The notes under the pieces were generated by a model. The model did no database searches. It saw only the letters and a program-made list of their open reading frames with translations, and was not told the DNA's origin. DNA of 64,000 bases, from positions 64,001 to 128,000 of the forward strand of contig CBDCEW010000098.1 of the NCBI GenBank assembly GCA_965215885.1. The letters run 5' to 3'. Below, piece by piece: positions 10,142 through 20,059 of this stretch. Within the stretch, counting starts at the first letter, position 1. Each line of letters starts with the position of its first letter. Source of the DNA: Candidatus Moanibacter sp. (GTDB lineage: Bacteria; Verrucomicrobiota; Verrucomicrobiia; Opitutales; UBA2987). Position numbers and translations under genes: made by a program.

Positions 10142-11722
10142 ATGAGTTGGGAGCGTTTCAAGAAGTACTACCTGGACCTCCCTGAATTGGGATTGTCGCT
10201 TGATATTAGTGGGATGAACTTCCCCGAGGAGCTGCTTGAGGAAATGGAACCGCGAATGCAGGCAGCTTTCAACTCCATGAAGGAATTAGAGGAGGGCGAA
10301 ATCGCCAATTCCGATGAAGGGCGAATGGTTGGACACTACTGGCTGCGAAATCCTGCCCTCTCACCCAATGATGCTATTCGAAGTGAGATCGAGTACACTC
10401 ACAGGCGGATCCGTCGATTCACTGAAAGGATCCACCTGGGCGAGATCGCGGGCCAATCCGGCCCTTTCAGGAATCTGCTCGTTATTGGAATTGGCGGATC
10501 TGCCCTCGGCGCGCAATTAATCAGTCAGGCTTTGGGAGATTCGGAAAGCGATAAACTGGCACTCTACTTTTTCGACAACACCGATCCGGATGGATTCGAT
10601 AGTGTATTCTCTCGATTGCGAGGTAAACTTGGCGAAACCCTGGTGGTTGTAATCTCCAAATCGGGTAGCACTCCGGAGACGAGAAACGGCATGATTGAAG
10701 CGGAAGAAGCATATAAGAATGCGGGGTTGGAATTCGCCATACACGCCGCCGCCGTTACCGGTAGGAATAGCAATTTGGATCGACATGCGGCATCATCCGG
10801 TTGGCTCATCCGCCTGCCACTGTGGGATTGGGTGGGTGGACGCACGAGCGTAACCGGCCCGGTTGGACTGCTTCCCGCGGCGTTGCAGGGCTTCGCAATT
10901 GAGGGTCTGCTTAATGGGGCCGCGGCCATGGATGAAGTCACAAGGGAAGCGGAAACGAAGAGAAATCCGGCCGCCCTTCTTGCGCTAATGTGGTACTATG
11001 CAACCGATGGGCGGGGCACCAGGGATATGGTAATTCTTCCCTACAAGGACCGATTGATGCTATTTTCGAAGTATCTCCAGCAGCTTGTAATGGAGTCATT
11101 AGGGAAAGAGAAAGATCTTGATGGCGAGACGGTTAATCAGGGTATCGCAGTCTACGGAAATAAAGGCTCTACCGATCAGCACGCTTACGTGCAACAGCTC
11201 AGAGAGGGAATACCCAACTTTTTCGTAACTTTTATTGAGGTACTTAGAGACCGCGAGGGTGCATCGGTGGAAGTCGAATCGGGAAATACTTCGGGAGATT
11301 ACCTTGAAGGTTTTCTCCTCGGCACTCGGGCCGCATTGCACGAAAATGGGCGGGAGTCAATTACCATAACTGTCAGGGAATTGTCGGCCGGTACTTTGGG
11401 AATGCTGATTGCCCTGTATGAACGCGCCGTGGGATTCTACGCCGGGCTCGTAAACATCAACGCCTATAATCAGCCGGGGGTGGAAGCGGGCAAGAGAGCA
11501 GCCGCGACCCTTCTGGATTTGAAAAACAGAATCCAGGAGACGCTAAGGGAGAACTCTACCCGTTCTTTTACGGCGGAGAACATGGCCATGGAACTGCGTC
11601 GAGAAAACGAGATAATGGAGATATTCAAACTCATGGAATTCCTCGCCGCAAATCCCGACAAGAAAGTCGAGAAAACAGAGACGGAACCGCCTCATGAGGC
11701 ACGGTATCAGTATCGGAGCTAA
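10142..11722 (+). CDS. pgi: Glucose-6-phosphate isomerase
   Basis: [43 protein letters not shown]. Confidence 0.96.
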   Translation: MSWERFKKYYLDLPELGLSLDISGMNFPEELLEEMEPRMQAAFNSMKELEEGEIANSDEGRMVGHYWLRNPALSPNDAIRSEIEYTHRRIRRFTERIHLGEIAGQSGPFRNLLVIGIGGSALGAQLISQALGDSESDKLALYFFDNTDPDGFDSVFSRLRGKLGETLVVVISKSGSTPETRNGMIEAEEAYKNAGLEFAIHAAAVTGRNSNLDRHAASSGWLIRLPLWDWVGGRTSVTGPVGLLPAALQGFAIEGLLNGAAAMDEVTREAETKRNPAALLALMWYYATDGRGTRDMVILPYKDRLMLFSKYLQQLVMESLGKEKDLDGETVNQGIAVYGNKGSTDQHAYVQQLREGIPNFFVTFIEVLRDREGASVEVESGNTSGDYLEGFLLGTRAALHENGRESITITVRELSAGTLGMLIALYERAVGFYAGLVNINAYNQPGVEAGKRAAATLLDLKNRIQETLRENSTRSFTAENMAMELRRENEIMEIFKLMEFLAANPDKKVEKTETEPPHEARYQYRS

Positions 11723-12532
11723 GTGAATAAAATATCCATCATACTTCGGATAGCGGCTGTCCTCGCCGCCGTGCTGTCGCTTTCTCTATTCCTTCTAATC
11801 AGCGACAGAGAGAAGAGCCTCGAGGGACAGATTTTGGCTTCGAAGAAAGCGGCGAAGAATGCTGAGGAAATGCGAGCCGAGTTGCAGGCCGAAAACGCAT
11901 CTATGATAGAAAAGCAAGAGAAGTTGGGCGAGCATCTGGCGGCTGAAAAGGCGAAGGCCGGATCGTTCTACCAGCAGAGTGTGGTAGCCCGCGGAGAGAT
12001 CGCCAAATTGAAAGCGGATTTGGAGGAATTCAGAGTTTCGGTCGGGGAGAAAGAAGAGGAATTGAGCCGACTCAAGAGTGAACTCATTGGTCTCACAACA
12101 TCTGCGGTTTCTCTTTCGGCAGTCTATTCCAATGGTCGTGTAAACGATGAGAACGGGCAATCGGGAAAAAGGAATGGCTCGACTAAACGAGACAATACGA
12201 GCCATCTTCAAAACGACGCGGACACTCGACAGAAAGGCAGTACCCTTCGGAAGGGTTCGACTTTAAGAGGGGCTTTCAGCCTGAAGGGAAAGGTTCTCAA
12301 TGGTACGATATTGAGAATTGGGCCGGAGAATTCGATTGTTGCTATTAGTCTCGGTTCGAGCCAAGGTGTTGCTGAAACCATGTTGCTAAGCATGCGTGAT
12401 TCTTCAGGCGAAATTGCTCGTATAGTTCTATCCAAGGTTCTACCGGATTTCAGTATTGCTTCGGTTTTACCCGGGTTCGGAAGCCCTCGTCGGCTGAAAA
12501 TCGGTGAGCAACTCTCATTTATCGTCATTTAA
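11723..12532 (+). CDS. Hypothetical membrane-anchored coiled-coil protein with C-terminal beta domain
   Basis: N-terminal TM helix, heptads, abuts the pgi stop; KGSTLR tandem duplication. Confidence 0.7.
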   Translation: MNKISIILRIAAVLAAVLSLSLFLLISDREKSLEGQILASKKAAKNAEEMRAELQAENASMIEKQEKLGEHLAAEKAKAGSFYQQSVVARGEIAKLKADLEEFRVSVGEKEEELSRLKSELIGLTTSAVSLSAVYSNGRVNDENGQSGKRNGSTKRDNTSHLQNDADTRQKGSTLRKGSTLRGAFSLKGKVLNGTILRIGPENSIVAISLGSSQGVAETMLLSMRDSSGEIARIVLSKVLPDFSIASVLPGFGSPRRLKIGEQLSFIVI

Positions 12533-12538
12533 TTAACA

Positions 12539-12700
12539 ATGAAATCGAAGATTATTGCGATTCTCCTCATTGGATTAATACCTGGCTCTCTCTTCCTCGG
12601 GTGCGCTCAAGTCGAACCGGAAGAGTCACCTGTTCCATGGTCGCGCCCCGCGGAGTGGGAGGGAAGAGTCCCTGGGATGGGCGGACCGGGTAGCGAGTAG
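12539..12700 (+). CDS. Small lipoprotein (53 aa)
   Basis: Below the ORF-track cutoff: MKSKIIAILLIGLIPGSLFLGC|AQVEPEESPVPWSRPAEWEGRVPGMGGPGSE; lipobox FLGC; 6 nt after the previous gene. Confidence 0.75.
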   Translation: MKSKIIAILLIGLIPGSLFLGCAQVEPEESPVPWSRPAEWEGRVPGMGGPGSE

Positions 12701-12717
12701 GTATACTTTAGCTTGTT

Positions 12718-12912
12718 ATTTCCCCGTCCCGGCATACCGGAACGGGGCCGCTGACTTTTTCAAGCATCATCGTGCGCGGAGCCCTTCGACATCGCTTATG
12801 TCAGGCGCCCGATCCACCCGTAGGAAGGATGTTCGTGGTGGGACCCGTCTCCGTTGCGCGAGCGCAACTACGCCGAGGCAGGCGGGTCCGGGGACGTTCG
12901 TTTCAACTTCGA
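12718..12912. repeat. Family C repeat (reverse orientation) carrying two nested micro-insertions
   Basis: Colinear with 58012-58136 except for inserts at 12782-12805 and 12846-12882. Confidence 0.75.
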
Positions 12913-12927
12913 GAATACGATCACAGG

Positions 12928-13116
12928 CTAGCCCGAACTTTTCACAAACCTTCTACTACGACCGCGTATGTCACTACGTCTCAAAGCCTTCCCTTGCCCG
13001 GCGACCTCAGAGGGTCCGAACACGCTGTCACCCGCCGGCCTGCAGAGAGGCTTTGATACGCAGTCCCGGCGCGCCGGGACAGTCTCGCAAAGAAGTGTGT
13101 GAAATGTCCGGGCTAG
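12928..13116. mobile_element. MITE family A, copy 2
   Basis: Same TIRs and core as 5168-5349, with an internal gtcccggcgcgccgggac palindrome. Confidence 0.85.
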
Positions 13117-13141
13117 CAGCTTTAATGAATAATGCAGTGTG

Positions 13142-13828
13142 ATGGCTGGATGCTTGTACCTTATCTCGACGCCTATTGGAAATCTCGGAGATGTCTCATA
13201 TCGAGCGGCAGAGATCCTGGCTGCCTGCGACATCGTCGCCTGTGAAAATATCCGCAAAACAAGGCGGTTATTGAATCATCTGGGTATCTCCAAGAAAGCA
13301 GTTAAATACTACGAAAGAAATGAGTTAAAGCAGTCACTGCTGCTTGCCGAAGAAATCCAGTCAGGACAGTCGATCGCATTGGTTTCCGAAGCAGGCACCC
13401 CGGGAATAAGCGATCCGGGCTTCCGAATTGTCCGGGAATGCCGGAGGAGGAAAATACCTGTCCAGCCTATTCCTGGTGCTTCAGCCGTGTTGGCTGCTTT
13501 GTCGGCTTCCGGCCTTCCCAGTGATGGCTTTCTCTTTGTGGGTTTCCTCCCATCAAAGAAAAGCGCACGCATTAAGTTTTTCGAGAACTACAGGAATTTT
13601 GAATACACGATCGTCTGCTTCGAATCCTGTCACCGAATTGTGAAGTTTCTCGACGATCTCAAAACCGTTATCGGGAACGGGAGGGTTATCTGTGTGGCAA
13701 GAGAAGTGACCAAGATTCATGAGACTTTCTACGTGGGAAGCGCAGGCGAGGTTCAGTGTCAGGTCGTTTCAGACAGTCGCAAAGGAGAGTATGTCGTCCT
13801 CATAGCCAAGAAGGATTACGAACTGTAA
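13142..13828 (+). CDS. rsmI: 16S rRNA (cytidine1402-2'-O)-methyltransferase
   Basis: LYLISTPIGNLGD, SEAGTPGISDPG, AREVTKIHE. Confidence 0.95.
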   Translation: MAGCLYLISTPIGNLGDVSYRAAEILAACDIVACENIRKTRRLLNHLGISKKAVKYYERNELKQSLLLAEEIQSGQSIALVSEAGTPGISDPGFRIVRECRRRKIPVQPIPGASAVLAALSASGLPSDGFLFVGFLPSKKSARIKFFENYRNFEYTIVCFESCHRIVKFLDDLKTVIGNGRVICVAREVTKIHETFYVGSAGEVQCQVVSDSRKGEYVVLIAKKDYEL

Positions 13829-13859
13829 GAAACTGTCCGACCATTCAAAGTGAGGTGCG

Positions 13860-14160
13860 GTTAAGAGAGAGAGAGGAATTGGAGAGACGCAGGAATCCGT
13901 CTGCGTTTCGCTTTGCTCACTTCGCCGTGACAGGCAGGGAGATGGGGAGAATGGCAAGCCGATAGATCTACCTTTCGTGATTCATAGTCGTGATCTAGAA
14001 TCGTAAATAATGGATCGACTGAAGATCACGATTGAGAGTCACGATGGGAGAGCGAGCACGGTTTCGTTCTTCGCGACTTTCGACTACGATTACGACGATG
14101 ACCTGCTAACGGGTATCTATCTCTATTTTAATCGTGATCGTTCTCGTTCTCGAAGAGTGA
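13860..14160. repeat. Low-complexity periodic intergenic repeats (8-mer and 6-mer tracts)
   Basis: gactacgattacgacgatgac tract; 13961-14005 resembles the reverse complement of about 502-547. Confidence 0.5.
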
Positions 14161-14263
14161 TGCGCGCTAAATATGCGAATACCCGCGAAAGAAGGCCAAA
14201 TGAGAGGGGTGAAATGTGAAAGTGGAGAGTGGCCATCCTGCCGTAGAGCAGAGAAGTATCAGT

Positions 14264-15190
14264 TCAGCCGCGCTTGCGAAGCTTGGACAAGACTTCCAAA
14301 AAATCGCGGGGCAACTCCGCAGTAAGTTCTAAATGTCTCCCATTTTCCGGATGTGAAAAGGCAATCTTTCTTGCGTGCAGGTAGGCGCGACTGTAGGAGC
14401 AGTCACCACGAAATCCGTAGAGCCGATCTCCAGCTACGGGATGACCGATATGGGCTAAATGAACTCGAATCTGATGGGTTCTGCCGGTACGGGGGAAAAC
14501 ACGAAGCAATGAAAAATCATCCCGAAATCTCTCCATACACTCCCAGTCAGAGTGAGCAATTCGGCCCCTTCGAGTTACCGCCATCTTGATGCGTTTAACA
14601 CGGTGTCTACCGATCGGCTCCGAAATTGAGCCGGCATTTGTGCCGGGGATTCCAGCGCAGAGAGCAAGGTATTCCTTTTGAACTTTGCGTTCCGCGAAGA
14701 GTCTGCTCAAGTGCAGAAAAGCCTCGTCGGTTTTTGCCACGACAATCACTCCGGAAGTATCCTTGTCCAATCGATGCACGATACCAGGACGTTCCACACC
14801 CGAAATCCCACTCAAGGAATCTTTGCAGTGGTATAGCAAAGCATGGACCAGGGTGTCGTCTCCCGTGCCGTTACCAGGATGCACGACCATGCCACTTGGT
14901 TTATTCACTGCTACAATGGAAGCATCTTCGTGAAGGATCTGGAGCGGTATGTCCTTCGCATTCAGTTCAAAAGGTCTTGCAGGCGGATTGGAAAATGAAA
15001 GCCGATCGCCACCCGAAACTTTCCTACTCTTGAGAATTACTTCATCCTCCAACCACACCAGTCCTGCCTCGAAGAGTCGTTGCACCTGTGATCGGCTCAT
15101 ATCGGAACAATATTCAAGAAGCACTTTGTCCGCTCGCATGCGCTTGTGCTTCTCGGGGACTTCGTAGCTGATCTGCAGAATCTCGTGCAT
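14264..15190 (-). CDS. rluD: RluA/RluD-family 23S rRNA pseudouridine synthase
   Basis: S4 domain, NKPSGMVVHP, GIVHRLDKDTSG, TGRTHQIRVH. Confidence 0.88.
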   Translation of the reverse strand: MHEILQISYEVPEKHKRMRADKVLLEYCSDMSRSQVQRLFEAGLVWLEDEVILKSRKVSGGDRLSFSNPPARPFELNAKDIPLQILHEDASIVAVNKPSGMVVHPGNGTGDDTLVHALLYHCKDSLSGISGVERPGIVHRLDKDTSGVIVVAKTDEAFLHLSRLFAERKVQKEYLALCAGIPGTNAGSISEPIGRHRVKRIKMAVTRRGRIAHSDWECMERFRDDFSLLRVFPRTGRTHQIRVHLAHIGHPVAGDRLYGFRGDCSYSRAYLHARKIAFSHPENGRHLELTAELPRDFLEVLSKLRKRG

Positions 15191-15210
15191 ATCTTAGAAC
15201 TCTGTCGGGC

Positions 15211-16221
15211 TTAGGATCCGACAGATTCCTCCGCAATAATCTTATCCAACTCCCGAAGATAAGGCGCCTTTTCCTCTTCATCCATGAGGGCGACTTCAAA
15301 CCCATTGCGCGCCAGCTGGGCGAGCCCCTTTCTATCAAAAAGGTCGCTCGAGAGCGCCTCGTATTCGTCGTTCAGACAATTCCCGAAAGAAATCGGATCA
15401 TCCGTGCTGATTGTACACCGAATACCTGCTTCAGAGAGTCTCCTGATAGGGTGATCCCGCATGCTCGCGACAACGTCCAGCTTGACATTGCTGATTGGAC
15501 ATGTGTCAAAAGTAGCTCCAACATCCGCAGCGAAACTCACCACTTCAGCATCTTCAATCGCCCGCACTCCATGTTGAATCCGGCGCACGCCTAATTTCTC
15601 AATGGCGTCCCTCACATAATCGGCACTGCCAAACTCGCCCGCATGGGCTTTCGTTTCGAGCCCTGCCTCGCGAGCTGCTTTCCAGACGCGCTCTGTCCAG
15701 GGTTCGATTGGCATAACCTCGACACCATGAAGGTCAATGCCGTCGAGACCTTCCCAGTTTACACAGCTATCGAGGATAGGCGCCATTTTTTCACTGTACT
15801 GATTGCGCAGCATACCGAGGAAGACTCTCACTTCCAGATTGTCAGGTACCGCGTCTTTAATCGCAGCCAGAATTTCCGGTCCCGGCACATCGAGATATTC
15901 AATAACACCAGCGTGGAAGCTCGTTTCGAGATACTTTACATTCTGCTCCACAAGTGACGCGAATATCCCCTTGGCTGCCTCGTGGTACCTCTCGGGACTC
16001 TTATACCACTTCAGCGCCATATCGAGAAGCTCATCTTCGAATTGTTTAAACGATACGAATTTGAAGTCGGGCGCCCACGAGGCAGGAGGCTCCCTGTATC
16101 TCTCGGGGTGCAGATCCTGCAAGAGGTGGAAGGGTAAAGCCCCCTCAATATGAAGATGTGTCTCCGTCTTGGGAAGACGCTGCACAAAATCGTAAGGTTC
16201 CGTATCTTCGGGGTGCGACAT
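15211..16221 (-). CDS. Adenosine/adenine deaminase family protein
   Basis: [32 protein letters not shown]. Confidence 0.9.
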   Translation of the reverse strand: MSHPEDTEPYDFVQRLPKTETHLHIEGALPFHLLQDLHPERYREPPASWAPDFKFVSFKQFEDELLDMALKWYKSPERYHEAAKGIFASLVEQNVKYLETSFHAGVIEYLDVPGPEILAAIKDAVPDNLEVRVFLGMLRNQYSEKMAPILDSCVNWEGLDGIDLHGVEVMPIEPWTERVWKAAREAGLETKAHAGEFGSADYVRDAIEKLGVRRIQHGVRAIEDAEVVSFAADVGATFDTCPISNVKLDVVASMRDHPIRRLSEAGIRCTISTDDPISFGNCLNDEYEALSSDLFDRKGLAQLARNGFEVALMDEEEKAPYLRELDKIIAEESVGS

Positions 16222-16292
16222 GGTAAGGGTTTTCAAGCCTTCCGGGCTACTGATCTCTATCGCCTACCACGCTGATCGCATTCCTGATCACT

Positions 16293-17402
16293 TTAGGTTA
16301 ACAGGTATTCGGGATTCAGCTTCTGCAGCGATTTAGGAACAAACCTGCCGTTCTTGCGGACAAGACGACCGTCAAAAAAGATTTCACCTCCACCGTAGTC
16401 AGGGCGCTGGATACACACCAAATCCCAATGCACCTGGGAGCGGTTGCCGTTGTCGGCCTCCTGGTAGGCCTGTCCGGGAGTAAAATGAAACGAACCGGCG
16501 ATTTTCTCATCAAACAAAATGTCCCTCATCGGTTCTCTGATATGAGGGTTAAATCCAAGGGCAAACTCACCGATATAGCGCGCACCCTCGTCGGAGTCGA
16601 GAATGCGATTAAGCGCCCGGGCATTATTAGCTTCTGCTTGGATGACTTTCCCTCTTTCGAATTTCAGTTTCACGTTGTCGAATGAAATCCCCTGGTAGAC
16701 CGACGGCACGTTGAATGAGATATGCCCCTCTACGCTTCGTCTCACGGGACAGGTGAACACTTCACCGTCGGGTATATTGTGTTTTCCACCACAATCGATC
16801 GCGGCGATTCCCTTGATGGAAAATTGAAGATCAGTTCCAGGTCCTTTGATGTGCACTCTGTCCGTTTTATTCATCAACCTCTGTAATGCCCGCATGCCTG
16901 GGACCATACGGGCATAATCCAATGTACAGACTCTAAAGAAGAATTCTTCGAAAGCTTCCGTGCCGTGAAGGGCCTGCTGGGCCATTGCCGGAGTAGGCCA
17001 CCTCAGCACGACCCACTTGGTAGAGTTAACACGTCTATCCAGCACTGGCTTCAGATACCGAGTAGCGAGCTTCATCTTATTCGCGGGAACGTCAGACATT
17101 TCGAAAATGTTATGAGATCCGCGCAACGCAATGTAGACATCCATATGCTTCATTCGCTGGAGTTCGAATCGCGCCCCGTTCTTGAACTGTTCTTCCCTAC
17201 CCCCGACGACCAATTCGCGTGATACGCCGCCCGAATTCAGTTCAACAAAAGGATATCCTCTTCGCTGGCGGACCGCGCGAATGAGGGCAATTACCATTTC
17301 TACAGGAACATCGTAGGCGTCGATCAGGACATTCTCGCCTCTCTTAACCTCGGTAGAGAATTTCGTCAGGACGCGGGCCAGCTTTGGATAGTTCGGATTC
17401 AT
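16293..17402 (-). CDS. M29 (AmpS-like) aminopeptidase
   Basis: [34 protein letters not shown]. Confidence 0.92.
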   Translation of the reverse strand: MNPNYPKLARVLTKFSTEVKRGENVLIDAYDVPVEMVIALIRAVRQRRGYPFVELNSGGVSRELVVGGREEQFKNGARFELQRMKHMDVYIALRGSHNIFEMSDVPANKMKLATRYLKPVLDRRVNSTKWVVLRWPTPAMAQQALHGTEAFEEFFFRVCTLDYARMVPGMRALQRLMNKTDRVHIKGPGTDLQFSIKGIAAIDCGGKHNIPDGEVFTCPVRRSVEGHISFNVPSVYQGISFDNVKLKFERGKVIQAEANNARALNRILDSDEGARYIGEFALGFNPHIREPMRDILFDEKIAGSFHFTPGQAYQEADNGNRSQVHWDLVCIQRPDYGGGEIFFDGRLVRKNGRFVPKSLQKLNPEYLLT

Positions 17403-18613
17403 CGCCCCCGCCGGATATCGGATCCGGGAAAACTGATCTGAAAACGAAAAGTCTCCCTTGTTTCATTAATGATGCGATTAGTTTCGGGTTCGATTCTAAC
17501 CGGCACTTCCTGGCAGGCAACATCGACCATGGGCCGAAACCCGCGCTCAGAAAAGACGTCGAGGAGCATGGCGAGAGCGAGCCGATCGGAAAAAATTGGC
17601 GCCTGGGAGCATATGACCGCAATACCGGAAAGTGCGTGCATTGTAATAACGGGGAGAAACTCCTCTCGAATATGAGTCAGAACTTCCTGAAAGAGGTTTG
17701 AATGATTTCGCTCATAATCTTCCAGCCGCCGTATCAACTCTTGCCGCCCGTGAACAGCCATATTGCTGGCAATCGGAATTGAGTGGAGTTGGCGATAGGT
17801 ATTCCCGTCCAGTTCCAGTGAACTCTGATAACGCAATTCATTGATGACGCGGTCTTGTACCTCCGCGATCGTTCCTTTCGCATCGATATAATGGTAATGA
17901 AAGACTTCCCGCAGCAATTTGAGGGATTCATGGGTAATCTCCTTGAACGTCCCGTACCGATTCCGCGCCGCGGATTCACTCAAGTCTGTCTTTCGAGCTT
18001 CTTCAATTTCGCCAATGCCGGATGTTCGCACTTGTTCATTATGTTCCATACACTCCCGCCCGCGATGCAATTGACGCTGCACGCTCTCGGCTTCGTCCAA
18101 AAAGAGGACGATAATGTGAAAGGTTGTATTCTTGTAGAGGTCTGCTTTCGGGGTATCAATGTTTTCCCGATGCAGCTGCATGATTTTGCTATAGAGGAGC
18201 TTCAGACATTGCACCTGAACCATCGTTCTGGGGTAGCCGTCCACGATTGCTCCATTCTTGTATGCCGGTTCGAGCAACTTGCGTAATACCAAACCGGTCA
18301 CTTCCCGATCACCGACCATCAGACCCGCGTCTTTCAAACGGGTCGCATCTGAGCTATGCAGCAGATCGCTTACGAGTATGGGTGGCGCCGTCAAATCACG
18401 CACCTCCATTATGTAAGGAGTCTGTGTTCCTTTCCCGCCACCAGGTGCGCCATTCAGCCAAATTGTCTCTTTGGGGAAATATATCCTATCCGAACCAAAC
18501 TCCTCTTCCAGTTCCGCCCAAATGGAATCGAAGATGATATTGGCATCCTTTATTTCCAGATCGAGCGGCTTGGTTTGAACCGGTAGTCCCCTTGTTACTG
18601 ACCTTCCTGGCAT
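17399..18613 (-). CDS. Adenylate/nucleoside monophosphate kinase with extensions
   Basis: [11 protein letters not shown]-loop, VDGYPRT; 404 aa. Confidence 0.8.
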   Translation of the reverse strand: MPGRSVTRGLPVQTKPLDLEIKDANIIFDSIWAELEEEFGSDRIYFPKETIWLNGAPGGGKGTQTPYIMEVRDLTAPPILVSDLLHSSDATRLKDAGLMVGDREVTGLVLRKLLEPAYKNGAIVDGYPRTMVQVQCLKLLYSKIMQLHRENIDTPKADLYKNTTFHIIVLFLDEAESVQRQLHRGRECMEHNEQVRTSGIGEIEEARKTDLSESAARNRYGTFKEITHESLKLLREVFHYHYIDAKGTIAEVQDRVINELRYQSSLELDGNTYRQLHSIPIASNMAVHGRQELIRRLEDYERNHSNLFQEVLTHIREEFLPVITMHALSGIAVICSQAPIFSDRLALAMLLDVFSERGFRPMVDVACQEVPVRIEPETNRIINETRETFRFQISFPGSDIRRGR

Positions 18614-18716
18614 GTTCGATACCTTGTGAATTCGACAAAAAAACCCAGCTTTCTCTTCTTAAAGCAGCGGCGTGACAATAAAAAACTCAGATAAATTGAA
18701 TTAAAAACCGTTTCAT

Positions 18717-19949
18717 CTATTCGCCCTCTCCTTCCGGAAAGGGTGGTCGTGTAGAGCGCATCTTCTTCTTCGGAAAACATATCCTCGATACCGCTTCTTC
18801 GAAGTCTTTTACTCCGCTGATTATCTCGATTTCCATCCGCAAGTAGTAAAACCGAACGCCCGTATGAAAAGTTGCAGGCACGCGTACAGCGTCCTTTTCA
18901 GTTGTTATTACAAGCTCTACTTCAGCTTTTCTGAACTTTTCGAAGAGTCGATCGAGTTCACGCGGAGTGTAGCGATGGTGGTCGAGATACCTCTCGTTGA
19001 GTACGATGTCCGCGCCGTACTCCCGAAGAAACCGTTCAAAGCTCTCAGGCACTGCAATCCCACTAAACGCTCCTACTTTCCTGCCGCTCAGTTCCGCGAG
19101 CTCGAGACGGTGGGCGCCTCCCACCTCTTTCAGAAACCTCGGTTGGTGTGTGCATTCAATAATCTCAGCGTCCGGCTTATATTGCTCGATAAGCGCTTCA
19201 AGCTCTCTGTCCGGTTTTCCGTTCGACCGAGTCAGAAATATGTAAGAGGCCCGGCGGAGGTGCTTGATCGGCTCGCGAAGGACTCCTCGCGGGAGCAAGT
19301 GACCGTTCCCAAAGGGATCAGACTTATCGATCAGAAGCAGATTGAGGCGGCCTTTAAGGGAAAGGTATTGGTAGCCATCGTCCAAAATAAGTGTGTCGAC
19401 TCCAAATTCTCTGATTGCATAGGAGCCGGCTCTCACCCGGTTCTTGTCCACAACAACAATTATCCCGGGAAGGTTCTTCGCCAACATATAGGGTTCGTCT
19501 CCGGCGCGATCCGGATCGAGAAGGACCTCATTTCCATTACTCACGACTTTTGGTGGAGGGGGCTCTCCATGAGTGATCATTCTCCACCATTTTGTAATTA
19601 TCGGTTCGTTTCTGCTCTTGTAACCACGGCTTAAGATCGCAACCTTGCGTCCCCGTTCCGCCAGGGAACGCGCAAATTTCTCCACCACCGGGGTTTTACC
19701 TGTTCCTCCCACTGTCAGATTTCCCACTACGACGACGAGACAACCCAGACTGTGATTTCGAAAAATCCTGTGACTATAGAGAAAGAGGCGTGCCTGCACC
19801 AAAACACTGAATATCTTCGAAAGACCCTTCAGCGCATTTGCATAAAGACGCACCGATCTCCCCTCTCGACGCTCGTAAACGACATCGATAGTAAACTGCT
19901 CAAAGTCCTCAACCCCTTTTATCAGGCGGTCTCTTAAATCCTGTATCAT
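18717..19949 (-). CDS. lpxK: Tetraacyldisaccharide 4'-kinase
   Basis: [36 protein letters not shown]. Confidence 0.95.
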   Translation of the reverse strand: MIQDLRDRLIKGVEDFEQFTIDVVYERREGRSVRLYANALKGLSKIFSVLVQARLFLYSHRIFRNHSLGCLVVVVGNLTVGGTGKTPVVEKFARSLAERGRKVAILSRGYKSRNEPIITKWWRMITHGEPPPPKVVSNGNEVLLDPDRAGDEPYMLAKNLPGIIVVVDKNRVRAGSYAIREFGVDTLILDDGYQYLSLKGRLNLLLIDKSDPFGNGHLLPRGVLREPIKHLRRASYIFLTRSNGKPDRELEALIEQYKPDAEIIECTHQPRFLKEVGGAHRLELAELSGRKVGAFSGIAVPESFERFLREYGADIVLNERYLDHHRYTPRELDRLFEKFRKAEVELVITTEKDAVRVPATFHTGVRFYYLRMEIEIISGVKDFEEAVSRICFPKKKMRSTRPPFPEGEGE

Positions 19950-20059
19950 GTCCTCAAGCTTCCCGTTATTGCAGCGTCGAGACCTGCCAGATTTCGAACA
20001 ACAGATCCATAAAGAGTATTGACGGGTAGATATTTCAATCTTTTTTAAGGACTTCCACT

